NCBI GenBank assembly: GCA_000004695.1
Contig: CM000150.2
Span: 4,800,001-4,864,000 of the forward strand
Length of the DNA stretch: 64,000 nucleotides
Origin: Dictyostelium discoideum
Lineage: Eukaryota
Direction: 5' to 3'
Shown here: positions 37,026-49,684 of the stretch, one piece after another
Numbering within the stretch: the stretch's first letter is position 1
Layout: every line of letters begins with the position of its first letter
The notes under the pieces: generated by a model
Databases searched by the model: none
What the model saw: only the letters and a program-made list of their open reading frames with translations
What the model was told of the DNA's origin: nothing
Made by a program: the position numbers and the translations under genes

Positions 37026-39376
37026 TGATTTGATTTTTTTAAATAATTTAATAAAAATACATTTTCAATTTTTTCATAATCATATGAATAATTGAATGAA
37101 TCTTTTAAAAATTTAGCCAATTCAATACTACCATTTCTTTGAGATTCAGTAATGATAATTTCTTGGTATTGTTTAGTTGAAAATAGTTTTTTATAAGATG
37201 ATAATAATTGAAATCTATCATTTTGACAAGCATATTTAAAGAAAATTTTTCCTAAAGTATTTTTTATAGCCAAAACTTCGTTTCCCCCCTTTTTTTTATT
37301 TTCAGGAGTAAAAGAAATAATTCTTTTAATAATTAATTGAAAAGATATAAAATCACCTCTTTTACCAAGTTCCATTAATAAAGGTATTAATTTTGATATT
37401 GAAAAATTGAATAAAAAAAACATTGGTAATGTTGAAAGTCTAGATTCAAAACCACCTTGAAAATAATGATATAACAATGGAGGTTCATTTGAAAAACTTG
37501 GATCAATACCAAAACTACATCTACCAGATTCGATATCAGATTTCTTTGAATTCATTAACCAATGTATAATTTGATAATAATCAGGTCCAATAGAATTTGA
37601 ATCAAAATAACAACGATATAATTTATTGGATGGAGTTGATTCAACAAAGAATTTATAAGTTTCAAATGAATTATAAAGAAGAGCAGGTTGATTAATATCT
37701 GCAATTTTTAATGGTAACCAAATGTCGACTTCACGATAATGTTTTAAAAAATCATCAATATTTTTATAAATAAAAGTATATGCAGTAATTGTTAAAATCA
37801 TATTTGGCCATTCTTCAATTGATTCTATTGTTTGTTTATATTGTTTTTCATAAAATTCTTTATAATGATTTAAAATTATTAAATTAAATTTACAAGAATA
37901 AGTTATTAAATAATAAATTGGTATCATTGGTAGTGGTGATAATCTATTATAAAGATAATCAAAAACTTTAACTGATTTTGATTTACATAAACTAAAAAAT
38001 TGGATATCAATAGATTTAAATTCTTTTTCTTGTAATTCTTGATATTTATTAAACATAAACTCAATTAATTCTAATTCATCGAAAATTATTAATTCATTTA
38101 AAAGTTGTTGAATTGTAAAATTTTTAGGATTTGATGGATTTTTTAAAATTTCTTTTAAAACTATAGAAATATATTGAAATTGTAAGATTTTATCATATTT
38201 AAAATATTTAAATGGGAAAAGTAAAGAATCATGCCAAATTAATATATCTTGAAAATCTAAAACTATTGATTGGTCAATTGAAAATTGTGAGAATTTACAT
38301 TGATATTTTTTAAAATAAAATGAAATATTATCTTTATAAAAATTATTTCTTAATGATAATGATGAAAAGAAAGAGATTTCAGTCAATTCCTCTGTGAATG
38401 GTATTAAATTTAAAAATAATTTTTTAATATTTCCATTATATTCATATGAATTAAATAAGTAAATTTTAGTTGTTAAATCATTTTCATTGAATTTCATTTC
38501 ATCCAATTCATTTAATGTTAATAATGAAAAGTTTTCATTATTTACAATATTACAATTTGATTTTCTTTCAATCTCTAATAAATTGAAAACATTTTTAATT
38601 TTTAAAATTGTATAATTTGATTGTAACAATTGCAATAAATTTATATTTTCAATTTCAATTGGGTATAACCAATTTAATAATTCTGGTATCTCTTTAACTG
38701 GTTGGTCAATTTTTAATTGATTTAAAATAAAATCAATACTCGAATTAATTAAAAAAATTCTATTTTCATCATTAGTGTCACTAATATATTCTTTAAATTC
38801 AATTAATATTTCTTTCCAAAAATTATCAATATTAAAATTACTTTTTGAAATTAATTTAAATTTATCATTAATAAAATTTGAAATTTTAAATGAATTATTA
38901 ATAATTGATAATTTAAATAATTTATATAAATTATCATAATCATTTAATAATAATGATTCTTTATAATCTTTTAAATAATTATTATCATCATCATTATCAA
39001 AAAATAATTTGAAACCAGTTAAACAATCACATTTAATTAATAATTGAATACATTCATTTGATGATGGTAAAAAGTAATCTTTATAATTTTCAAATAATTC
39101 TATTAAAAATTCTAAATCTTCATTTAATTCATTATGTTTGAATATTAATTCTAAAGCTGATGGATTTCCAATTTCTTTAAAAAAGAAAAGATGTTCACTT
39201 CTTTTAACTTTTGATTTTAAAAGTGATGCATATTTATTTTTAATCATCCATTCAACACTAATAATTTCTTGATAACTATATTTATTATGTTTTGATTCAT
39301 TTTCATCTTTTATAAATCCTAATATTTTATTTAAAAGAAATTTATTTTTAAAAACTTTTGTTGTTGGATTATTCAT
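37019..39376 (-). CDS. Hypothetical protein, 785 aa, N/K/F/L-rich, no recognisable domain.
   Basis: A long intact ORF in AT-rich DNA, with non-repetitive coding-like composition and a start at MNNPTTKVFKNKF. I recognise no domain. Confidence 0.5.
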
Positions 39377-39905
39377 TTTTTTTATTATTATTTTTTATTA
39401 TTTTGACAATAAAAAAAAAAAAGAAAAAAAAAAAAAGAAAAAAAAAAAAAGAAAAAAAAGTAAAAAAAAACAATCAAAAAATAAAAAAAAAAACAATCCA
39501 AAAATAAAAAAAAAAAATTTGTAAATGTAAAAAAAAAAAAAATAAATAATCAAAAAGTAATTGATTGACAATCTGGGTGGGAATATTGGATATTTATTTT
39601 TTAAATTATTATTTTTTTTTTTTTTTTTTTTTTGGATATGAAAAAAAAAAAAAAAAATTAGATAATTAAAAATAAACTTAAGCAGTAAATTTAACACAAA
39701 GTTTGACTAAATTTTTTTGGTTGGTTAGTTTGTTGAGTTATATTTTTAAATTAAATTTAATTTCTAAAGTAATATCTCTGAACTTACTTGACATTGAAGG
39801 CATTTTATTGCTATTTGATGCAAAAATCTTGTGATCTGGAGGTTTTACAATTGTTATTTTTTTAGCCATTTTATGTTTAGTTATAAAAATGATTGAGATA
39901 TGAAG

Positions 39906-39941
<36 letters not shown>

Positions 39942-40356
39942 CTAACAACGAAAAAAAAAAATATAAAAAAAATAAAAATTAAAAAAATAAAAATAAAAAT
40001 ATAAAAATATTATCCGAAAAAATAAAAATATAAAAAAAAAAATTGATCATCTATTTTTGAAAAGGTTTGGGTTTCACCAAATTTTTTATTTTTTTTTTTT
40101 TTTTTTTTTTCATCATTTTTATCTTGAATTGCACAATATTTATTTATTTATTTATTTAAATATCATTTTTATAAAAATAATTTTTAAATAAATAAATATT
40201 AAGAATAAATTATTTTTATTAAATAAATCTAATATATTTTTTTTTTTTTTTTTTCCTTAACATTTTTTAATTTTAAATTTTAAATTATTATTATTTTTTT
40301 TTTATTTTAATTATTTTTTTTTTTAAAATTTATTTATTATAATGATAATATTTTTT

Positions 40357-41439
40357 TTAATGTTTTTTTTCTTTTTTTGGGATTTCAGTACCCATAGTAC
40401 CACGATGAAGTTTTTGAATGACTTCACCAGAGATTGTAGAATCAATGATTGAGGAGACATCATCAGGAGTTACATAACCATACCAGTTACCTGGTGGGAA
40501 AACCAAAACGTTACCAGCATATTTATGACCACCGACATGAGAGGTACCAAATACTTGAATTTCTTTTTCCAAAGATCTTTCTTTAATTTGATCTCTTAAT
40601 TGATCGACTAAAATTGGACCACAATAACCACAACGTTGATCTTTTTGTTTATGAGTACAAATAAAGATATATTTTCCACTCAATTGTTCAACTTGAATTT
40701 CCATTGGGAATGTTGAAAGATCAATAGTATCATTATCTTGGAAATAGGTTAAAACTTTTTCCATAGTGTTTGGAGTTAATCCAACCAATTTAACCATTTC
40801 TGGGAAAATGATTACATCTAAGCTATCCTTATTCAATGGTTGAATATCTGTTGCATTGATAATTTGATTCTTTCTTGGATTATTTTCATACTTTTTCATT
40901 ACTTGTTGAAAACTTTCTAAAAGTGGTGTAGCACTATATAATTTAGCTGGCCATTCTTCACTTGGAATACCAGTACAAATAAAATAATGTCTATGATATG
41001 TCGAAATAGAATTATTTGGTGTTTCTCTATTTGAATCTACCATTTCTGGTCTTTTTTAATTTTAAAAAATAAAAAAAAAATAAAATAAAATAAAATAAAA
41101 AAAAAATGTTAATAAATTTATAAATTTTATTTTATTTAATTTAATTTATTATTTTTAAAAAACTTACCTGCAAAAGCCACATTTTGCGATTAATTCTTCA
41201 ATATCTAATATTTGTGGTTGTTGTCTTTGACCTTTATTAACATTTGAATTAGTTGATGGTTCTGGAGCTGGTGTTGGTGTTGGTGTTGATTTTGTAGTTG
41301 GAGTATTATTTTCTTGGACGTTAAATGATGATAAATTATGATTATTATTTGAATAATATCTAAATAAAAAGGTAGTCACTGCAACTGAAAAACCAATAGT
41401 AGCAGCAAGAGTTAAAATCTTTAAATTTTCTCTACTCAT
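40357..41439 (-). CDS. Sucrase/ferredoxin-like (thioredoxin-like [2Fe-2S], Apd1/Aim32-type) protein. Exons 41168..41439 and 40357..41050.
   Basis: Exon 2 carries the CTHKQKDQRCGYCGP and SHVGGHKYAGN motifs of the sucraseferredoxin-like family. Exon 1 (MSRENLKILTLAATIGFSVAVTTFLF...AKCGFC) has a TM/anchor segment and ends AG|GTAAGT (phase 2). The acceptor AAAAAG|ACCAGAAATGGTA restores the frame. Confidence 0.7.
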
Positions 41440-42233
41440 TTTTTTTTTCTGTTTTTTTTTTTTTAATTTACAAAATAATAATAATACAATAATATTTAAT
41501 TTATTTCGAATTGGAATTAAATTTTTAATTTAAAAAAAAAAAAAAAAAAAATGAAAAATGAAAAAACAAAAAAAAAAAAAAAAATAAAAAAAAATAGAAA
41601 AAAAAAACAATAATGAAAATATTATTATTATTATTTTTTTAAAATTATGGATATTTAAGTAAAAATTATTATTTTGATTAAATACTAACATTTTGATATA
41701 GGTTGAAATAAAATTGACTTGTTATGACAATAATTATTAGCTAGTAACGAGCTTACAATTTTTGTTTTAGAAAATTTTGAAACAAATGAAATCATTTTTT
41801 AAAAAAAAGTGAAAATGAAAAATAAAAAAAAAAAAGAAACGTTTTTAAAAAAAAAAAAAATAAAAATAAAAATAAAAAAAAAAATAAAAAAAAAATATAA
41901 AATCAACACACGAATTCAGGTCACTAATTTGTCAATAAACTATGATCATATAATTTGTTAGGATGTACAAAAATTTAAAAAAAAAAAAACGTTTCTCTTA
42001 AAGTTCTACGGAACGTTTGGAAGAAAAATCATATCTTCTGAAATCACAAAAAAAAAAAAAAATAACGTTTTTTTAAAAAAAAAAAATAAAAATAAAAATA
42101 AAAATAAAAATACTTTTTCATTTCCCATCACATCTTGTTATTCAAAGATTCCATTATTTGAAAATTTAAATTCAAGATTTTTACTTTTTTAAAAAAATTG
42201 TTTAGAAAAAAAAAAAAAAAAAAAAAAATTTAA

Positions 42234-44540
42234 TTAATTATCTAATATATTTATTATAATTTTTTTAAAATATATTGGTAATAAATAATTTTTAATTGGA
42301 ATTAAAATTGTAAGAAATAATGGAAAGAATATTGTTAAATAAGGGTTTGGATAAAATGAGATAAAGCAAAATATAAGTAAACAAATGATTTGAAAAGTAG
42401 TGAATTTATGAATTTCCAATTTTGTACAATATCTAATCATATTTGAATTTGGTAGAAAAGTATTATCAGTTATTAATAATAATATTCTATACCAAAATTG
42501 ATTACCAACTGTTGCTTTCACACCTAAAAAGAAGAAAACACCATATAAAACTGGAATTGGAATATAAATTAAAATATTTGAAACCAAAAATATACAAATG
42601 AAAATTAAAAGATGAGAAAAGAAACCAGATGCACGAGTTTCTTGAACTGAAATGAAAATTTCTTTAGTTTCACCTGTTGAAGTATCGGTGAATGATTCAA
42701 TTGTAGCCAATGCTCTAACATGTAATGATGAATGTGGCAATGCTCCATGAAGCCATGGTAAACCAAGGAATGATAATACTATATTAATAAATGCAACTAT
42801 TAAAAGATCCAAATGGACACCACTCCATTTCTTTAAATTATGTGATGGTGTCGTAGCTAATGAGCATGAAATATTCTGATCTACAAAGTATAGTAATGAT
42901 AATAAGAAACCCAATGCCAAAGCTAAAAAATAAGCCCATACCGGTAACATTTTAATTTCAGTATTTAATAAATCATCTAAACCATGTGAAAAATGCTCAT
43001 CCTCCAGTGGTAAAAACACTGTCCAACGAATAGCAGATGATATTAAAACTCCTAAAAATAAAGCATAATCTGAAATTAAATTTCTAAATACACCATTGAA
43101 ATATTTTGTTTGATTAAAATTTGAAAGTTTAAAACAAATCCAAAGTGTACATAATGAAATTAGTAATGTGAAAACTGGTGTTTGATTTGTAAGTTGACAA
43201 TTATTATCACAACTATAAAGATTATCAATGAATAGAACTACTATTGGTTTTATACCATCATATAAGAATGCAATGGTAATAAAGATTGCAAATGTCTCTT
43301 CAATGAATCTTGATGAATATTTCATTAATCTACTTGCACCACTAATTGAATAAATTATTAAGAAAAACCCATTAAACAATCCAATCATTGAATATAATGA
43401 ATAAAAATCTAATCCATTCTCAATTGATATTGAATAAGTTATTTTTATAAAAATTGCCAATGGTGCTGTTGATAATAAAATCACCATTGGTTGACCTGAT
43501 AATAATGCAAATATCATACCACCAATTCCTTGAGCTATTATAGTTTTTGAAACTCCAAGTAATCCTTCAGTATTTGAATAATTTAAAACACCAAATGCAA
43601 TAGATGGTAATAAAATTGCAAAAAATAAAAATACCGTTGTTGATAATGTTTTTTGAAAACTTTTCCAATCTTTTAATCCATCTTTCCAATCTGATTTATA
43701 AATTTCAAAATCATATCTATATTTAATATCATTAATTAAATATTTAAAATTAAGTTTTGAATTTTCTTTATTATTAATATTAGTATCATCATTAATATCA
43801 TCATCATCATCATCATTATCATAATTTTCATGATCTAATCCATTTGAAACACTTTCAAGTGGTTTTAAAGATTCATTGTTTTGTTCTTTATAATTATTAT
43901 TATTCTTTATTGGCGGAATTAATTTTCTTTCAAATTGATTTTCATTATCATTTTCAATATTATTTAAAAATGTAACAAATGATTCGATAACTTCTTGTTT
44001 ATTTCTTGCTTGATGTAATTGATATTGAACTGATGGGTAAGAAATTGCTGATGAAAATGATTTTGCAATCTCTTCACTTGATTTACTTTGTTGAATTTGT
44101 GTTGGTCCAACAATTAATATTAAATATTCTAAATTATTTTTATTATTATTATTATTATTTTCATTATTATTATTATTATTATTTAATCTATAAAAACAAT
44201 ATGCATTTTCTTTTATATTATCTAGTGAACACCATAATATTAAATATTTTTCAATTTTAATATATTCTTTTAAACTATTTTTATTATCATTATTAAATAT
44301 ATTTGTTTTAAAAATATCCCTATTATTAATTTGATTTTTATTTTTATTTTTTATAAAATCATTAATTACATTATCATATAAAAAATATACAATATCAACA
44401 AGAGATTGTTGTTGTTGTTCGTTTGATTCTTGTTCAAAAAAGTATAAACAATCTTTTGATTGTTCTAAATCTAATTTTGACCTAGTATCTAACTTCCAAT
44501 TGATTGGTGAATGTTGAATATTTTTTTTTTCCACCAACAT
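42234..44540 (-). CDS. BOR1/SLC4-family anion (borate/bicarbonate) transporter, 768 aa.
   Basis: The TM region aligns with BOR1/Band3: IAFGVLNYSNTEGLLGVSKTIIAQGIGGMIFALLSGQPMVILLSTAPLAIF, SDYALFLGVLISSAIRW, and GNQFWYRILLLITDNTF against BOR1 GNQFWERILLLFT. The N-terminal 300 aa are poorly conserved and N-rich. Confidence 0.8.
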   Translation of the reverse strand: MLVEKKNIQHSPINWKLDTRSKLDLEQSKDCLYFFEQESNEQQQQSLVDIVYFLYDNVINDFIKNKNKNQINNRDIFKTNIFNNDNKNSLKEYIKIEKYLILWCSLDNIKENAYCFYRLNNNNNNNENNNNNNKNNLEYLILIVGPTQIQQSKSSEEIAKSFSSAISYPSVQYQLHQARNKQEVIESFVTFLNNIENDNENQFERKLIPPIKNNNNYKEQNNESLKPLESVSNGLDHENYDNDDDDDDINDDTNINNKENSKLNFKYLINDIKYRYDFEIYKSDWKDGLKDWKSFQKTLSTTVFLFFAILLPSIAFGVLNYSNTEGLLGVSKTIIAQGIGGMIFALLSGQPMVILLSTAPLAIFIKITYSISIENGLDFYSLYSMIGLFNGFFLIIYSISGASRLMKYSSRFIEETFAIFITIAFLYDGIKPIVVLFIDNLYSCDNNCQLTNQTPVFTLLISLCTLWICFKLSNFNQTKYFNGVFRNLISDYALFLGVLISSAIRWTVFLPLEDEHFSHGLDDLLNTEIKMLPVWAYFLALALGFLLSLLYFVDQNISCSLATTPSHNLKKWSGVHLDLLIVAFINIVLSFLGLPWLHGALPHSSLHVRALATIESFTDTSTGETKEIFISVQETRASGFFSHLLIFICIFLVSNILIYIPIPVLYGVFFFLGVKATVGNQFWYRILLLITDNTFLPNSNMIRYCTKLEIHKFTTFQIICLLIFCFISFYPNPYLTIFFPLFLTILIPIKNYLLPIYFKKIIINILDN

Positions 44541-44849
44541 TTTCTAATGATTTTTTTTTTTTTTATTCCTATTTTGTATATCTATTTTTAAAAAAAAAAA
44601 AAATAAAAAAATAAATTTTAAAATGGTGGGTAAAAAATTTGTCAAAAGTGTCAATACTAAAAAATAATAAAAAAAAATAAAAAAAATCATTTTGAGATTC
44701 GTTTTTTAATTTTTAGTTGTCTAAAAAAAAAAATAAAAAAAAATAAAAAAATAAAAAAATATTATGCCAAATTTCCTCGTTTATTGTCCGAAAATGAAAA
44801 ATTGTTTAATTTATATTTTTTTTGGTGGTTAAATGTTTATGTTTTTTAA

Positions 44850-44892
<43 letters not shown>

Positions 44893-45007
44893 ATAATAAT
44901 TGGTAAAAAAATAAAAAAAAAAAAGTAGGATAAAATGTTTGTGGTGTTTAATAACACTTTTTTTTTTTTTTTTTATTTTACACTCAATTTTTTTAAAAAT
45001 TAAAATT

Positions 45008-45418
45008 TTAAGCACGTTCACCTCTGATACGTCTTGCTAATTGAATATCTTTAACCATGATAGTAACACGTTTGGCATGAATTGCACATAAATTAGTATC
45101 TTCAAATAGACCGACCAAGTATGCTTCAGTTGCTTCTTGGAGAGCTTCAATTGCAGCAGCTTGGAAACGAAGATCAGTTTTAAATTCTTGTGCTATTTCT
45201 CTTACTAAACGTTGAAATGGTAACTTTTTAATTAAAAGATCAGATGATTTTTGATATCTACGGATTTCTCTAAGTGCAACAGTACCTGGTCTGAAACGAT
45301 GGGTCTTCTTTAAAACTTCATTAACAGGTTTACTTGGAAATGATGATTTTGAACTTAAATGTTTTCTTGGAACTTTAGCACCTGTTGATTTTCTAGCTGT
45401 TTGTTTTGTACGGGCCAC
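45008..45418 (-). CDS. Histone H3 variant, 136 aa, with an extended atypical N-terminal tail; intronless.
   Basis: [58 protein letters not shown]...the histone-fold core is canonical H3. It is one of two tandem paralogs. Confidence 0.95.
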   Translation of the reverse strand: MARTKQTARKSTGAKVPRKHLSSKSSFPSKPVNEVLKKTHRFRPGTVALREIRRYQKSSDLLIKKLPFQRLVREIAQEFKTDLRFQAAAIEALQEATEAYLVGLFEDTNLCAIHAKRVTIMVKDIQLARRIRGERA

Positions 45419-46005
45419 TGTAAATTAAATAAAAATAATAAATTAGTAATCTTTTTTAAAATAATTTCTTTTTTTTTTTTTTTTTTTTTGATTTTACTTT
45501 TTAAAACTTAAAGATGGAAATTTAAATCAAATAATTTGAATGAGTGTAGGATTGGTGTGTGTGGATAATTAAAAAAAAAAATATTATTATTTATATTGAA
45601 TATGGGTGTTAGATTTTATTATTAAAAATTTGGAAATTAAAAAAATAGGGAAAAAAAATAGTTTTTTAAATATTTCCTTTTTTATTAATTCAAGATTGTT
45701 TTGAAAAAAAAAAATAATATATAAAATTATAATAATTAAAAATAAAATAAACATTACTATTTTGAAATTGAAAAATAAAATCTATAAAAATAACTTTAGA
45801 GAATTTAATTATTATTAATATTTTTGATTTTAAAAATAAAAATATAATTAAAGAAATCAAATAGAAATGAAATTAAACAAAAAAATAAAAAGAGATAGAT
45901 ATCCAATCAAAAGTTTTTGAAAAGAAATTGGTTTTTTGTGTGGTGTTAAAAAACACCTTTGGAGTGGTTACACTCTATTTGGTTCAATTGAAATTTGTAA
46001 TAATT

Positions 46006-46416
46006 TTAAGCACGTTCACCTCTGATACGTCTGGCTAATTGAATATCCTTAACCATGATAGTGACACGTTTAGCGTGGATGGCACATAAATTGGTATCTT
46101 CAAAGAGACCAACCAAGTAAGCTTCTGAGGCTTCTTGAAGAGCTTGGATGGCAGCAGCTTGGAAACGAAGATCGGTTTTGAATTCTTGTGCGATTTCTCT
46201 AACTAAACGTTGGAATGGTAACTTCTTGATTAAGAGTTCAGATGACTTTTGGTATCTACGGATTTCTCTAAGTGCGACAGTACCTGGTCTGAAACGATGG
46301 GTCTTCTTTAAACCTTGGGTTGATGGAAAAGATTTTTGAGAAGATTTGTTACCCAAATGTTTTCTTGGTACTTTAGCACCAGTTGATTTTCTAGCGGTTT
46401 GTTTTGTACGGGCCAC
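46006..46416 (-). CDS. Histone H3 variant, 136 aa, paralog of the gene at 45008..45418 with a different tail insertion ([17 protein letters not shown]).
   Basis: The core is almost identical, and the nucleotide sequence is nearly identical over the last 330 nt. It has the same orientation and lies 1 kb upstream of its paralog. Confidence 0.95.
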
Positions 46417-46802
46417 TATAAATATTTTAAAATTTTTTAATATTAGTATACATATTTTATTTTATAACACTCATTTGTTTTTTTTTTTATTATTATTGAA
46501 TTATTGATTATTTAATTTTATTTTATTATTGTTTTTTATTGTTTTTTTTTTTTTTAATTCTTACTCTTAAATTAAAATTGAGAATGTGAAATATATAATA
46601 TAAAGGAAATAATTATTTTCAATCGAGTGTAGTGTAAGTTTTTTTGTTATGAATGATAAAAATTTCAAATTTTTTTTTTATATGGCGTGGAGCCGTTGAA
46701 TTTCATAGGTGATGTTAATTTTTTTGCATATAAAAATTTTTTTTTTTTTGATTTTTACCTTTCAAACTGTTTTCAAATTTTTAAAAAAATAAAAAAAAAA
46801 AA

Positions 46803-46811
46803 TTTGGCGCC
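46803..46811. promoter_or_regulatory. E2F-like site TTTGGCGCC, about 390 bp upstream of the second histone H3 gene (minus strand).
   Basis: An exact match to the TTTSSCGC E2F consensus. CpG-containing 9-mers are rare in this 80-90% AT intergenic DNA. Confidence 0.35.
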
Positions 46812-47142
46812 CTGATATTTTAAACACAATTTGAAAATGTGAAAGTAACTGTTTAAATTTTTTTTTTTTTAAAAAAAAATCCTTAAATGGTTATTTTGAA
46901 TATATTTTTAATTTTCATTCATTTTCTTTGAAAAAAATAAATAAAACCAAAAATAAATAAAAGAAATGAAATGAAATTTTATTTATTGTTTTTTCCAAAC
47001 TCAATAATTATTTCTTAAAAAGTTAATTGTTATTCAATAATTTAAATTTAAAGTTAAAATAATCTTTTATTTTTATTTTTATTTTTTTTTATTTTTTTTT
47101 ATTTTTTGTTGTTTAGATAAAGAGTAGTTTTGATTTCCTAAA

Positions 47143-47656
47143 TTACTTAAAATTTGGGAGTGGGGTAGTAAAAGTTCTTTTAATTTGATATGGTTGGAAT
47201 GTTTGTTGTTGTTGCTGTTGTTGTTGTGTGTTATGTTGAATATGAATTTGTTGTTGAGTATTTATACTATTAGTAGTATTATTATTACTACTACTACTAC
47301 AACTATTAACACTGTTATTACAATTGAGAGAAAGATTACTAATTTGATGTTGTAATTGATTTTGTTGTTGTTGTTGTAATTGTTGATTCATGATATTGAT
47401 TCTACTTTGAGTTTCAAAGTTTTCTTTATCTAATAAAAGTTTCTCTCTTTGATTAATTTGTTGTTCTCTCAAGAGTAAATGTTGTTCTTTAACTTGGAGA
47501 TCTCTTTCAATATCTGATAATTTCTTTTCTTTAATCTTTAAATCTTCATCCATTTGTTTTAAACCTTGATAATAGATATTTAATTTTCTTTCTTTAACTT
47601 TAAATGAAATAAAAGAATATCCTAATAATTCATTTACATTTGGTCTTGATTTTGGC

Positions 47657-47689
<33 letters not shown>

Positions 47690-48042
47690 GAGACATGATT
47701 AATAAAAAGGATATATTAAGTAAATAAAAAAAAAAAAATAATATTAATAATAATTTACTTACATCAACATTAATCATTAAAGAGATAACTTTTGAAAGAT
47801 GTTCAGAATATTGTGATGGAATTGGGTTATATCTACCAACTTGAATTTTACTTGTTAATTGAGCTTGATTTGTTGCTTCAAATGGTGGTGATAATGTTGC
47901 CATTTCATAAATTAAACAACCAACTGACCAAACATCTGATCTTTCATTATATTTAAGTCCATGAATTTGTTCCTATGATAATGATAAAAAAAAAAAAATA
48001 ATAATAATTATAAAATTAGAATTGATTTTTAAAATAATAATA

Positions 48043-48098
<56 letters not shown>

Positions 48099-48761
48099 AT
48101 ATATACTTACAGGACTCATATAATATGGAGTACCAACAAAAGTATGAGCATAAAGTGATTCATTTAAAATTTTAGCTAAACCAAAATCACCCAATTTAAT
48201 ATTTTTATTTTCATCTAAAAATAAATTACCTGGTTTAATATCTCTATGTAAAATTACACCATCTTTTCTATTATGAATTTCTTGAAGTGCTGATAAAATT
48301 TGAAGTAATGTTCTCCAAATTACTTCTTCATCCATATATGTTCTAAAATAAATAAAAAAAAATAAAAAAAAAAAAAAAGAAATAAAAATAAAAAATAATT
48401 AATAAATTTAATTTAATTTAATTTAAATATTAAAATATTAAAAATTTTTATTATCATACCTTTCATTTCTACATTTTTTAATAAGTTGTGATAAATCACC
48501 ACCAGAACAATGTTCCATGATAATATATAATCTTGAAGATGGTTTATCAATGATTCTGTCATAATATCTAACAATATTTTGATGTTTTAATTTTTGAAGG
48601 ATATTAACTTCATTCACTAATAATTGTTTCTCTTTTTCTTGCATATTTTCATAACAAATTTCTTTCCAAACTAAAACTCTTCCATCTTCTTTTCTTTTGA
48701 TCTTTGAAACAACACCAAATGACCCTTTTCCTAATGCACCTAATATTTCATATTGATCCAT
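47143..48761 (-). CDS. nek2: NIMA-related serine/threonine kinase Nek2, about 418 aa. Exons 48460..48761, 48111..48342, 47763..47972, 47143..47655.
   Basis: Four ORF pieces join with consistent phases. The kinase is collinear with human NEK2: GKGSFG...[28 protein letters not shown]...GTPYYMSP|[24 protein letters not shown]...NVD|[11 protein letters not shown]. The C-terminal coiled coil is Q-rich. Confidence 0.9.
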
Positions 48762-49684
48762 AATAAAATTTTAATTTTTATTATATTTTTATTTTTTTTA
48801 TTTTTATATTTTTATTTTATTTTGATTAATTAATTTATTTATTTATTTAAATATTTGAGTGCCAAAAAAAAAAAAAAAAAAAAAAGAATGAAAAAAAAAA
48901 AAAAAAAAAAAAGCAATATAAAAAATTGACAATAAAATTATTTTTTTTTTTTAAAAAAAAAGGGGGGAAAAATCACTGTTTTTGGTCGTTTTTAATCCAA
49001 TATCTTTTTAAAAAAAATATCAATCTATAAACTATCGATTCCCATTTTGTTTTTATATATATATATTTTTTCCTTTTTTTTTTTTTTTTTTTTTTTCTTT
49101 CTTTCTTTCTTTCTTTCTTTTTTTTAACTTAAATGGTAATGCAATAAAAAAAGAAAATTAAACCAAATTCTCATTTTTTTTTTTTTTTTTTTTTTTTAAT
49201 ATTAAATTTTTATAAAAAAAAACAACAAAAATAAATTTATTTATTTTATTATCATTATTTACAATACTGGTTAAAAAAAAAAAAAAAAAAAAAAATCCTC
49301 TTTGGTTAAACAGAAATGTTAACTAAAAAAAAAAAAAAAAAAAAAAAAAAACGGTAAATTGTTTTTTTTATTGACCAATTTATTTATTATTTTTAAATAC
49401 TAAATTATTTATTTATTTATTTATTTTTATTTCTAATTAATTTACATTAAAATTTATTTAATTTAAAAATAGAAAAAAAAAAACAAATTAAAAAAAAAAA
49501 TAAAAAAATAAAAAAAAAAAAATAAAAAAAAAAATAAAAAAAAAAAAAATTATGTGATTGATTGTAACAAAATATGAAAAAATTTCAAAAAAATGAAAAA
49601 TTTATGAAAAAAAGCCGCATGCGTTTGACAAAAATTTTTTTTTTTTTTTTTGTCAGTTTTCGATAATTTAGCTCACTACATAAA

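Noticed and set aside
39398-39697. Minus-strand ORF 39398..39697 (MLNLLLKFIFNYLIFFFFF…).
   Set aside because: It is a homopolymer-driven frame in the promoter region of the 785-aa gene and is not coding-like.
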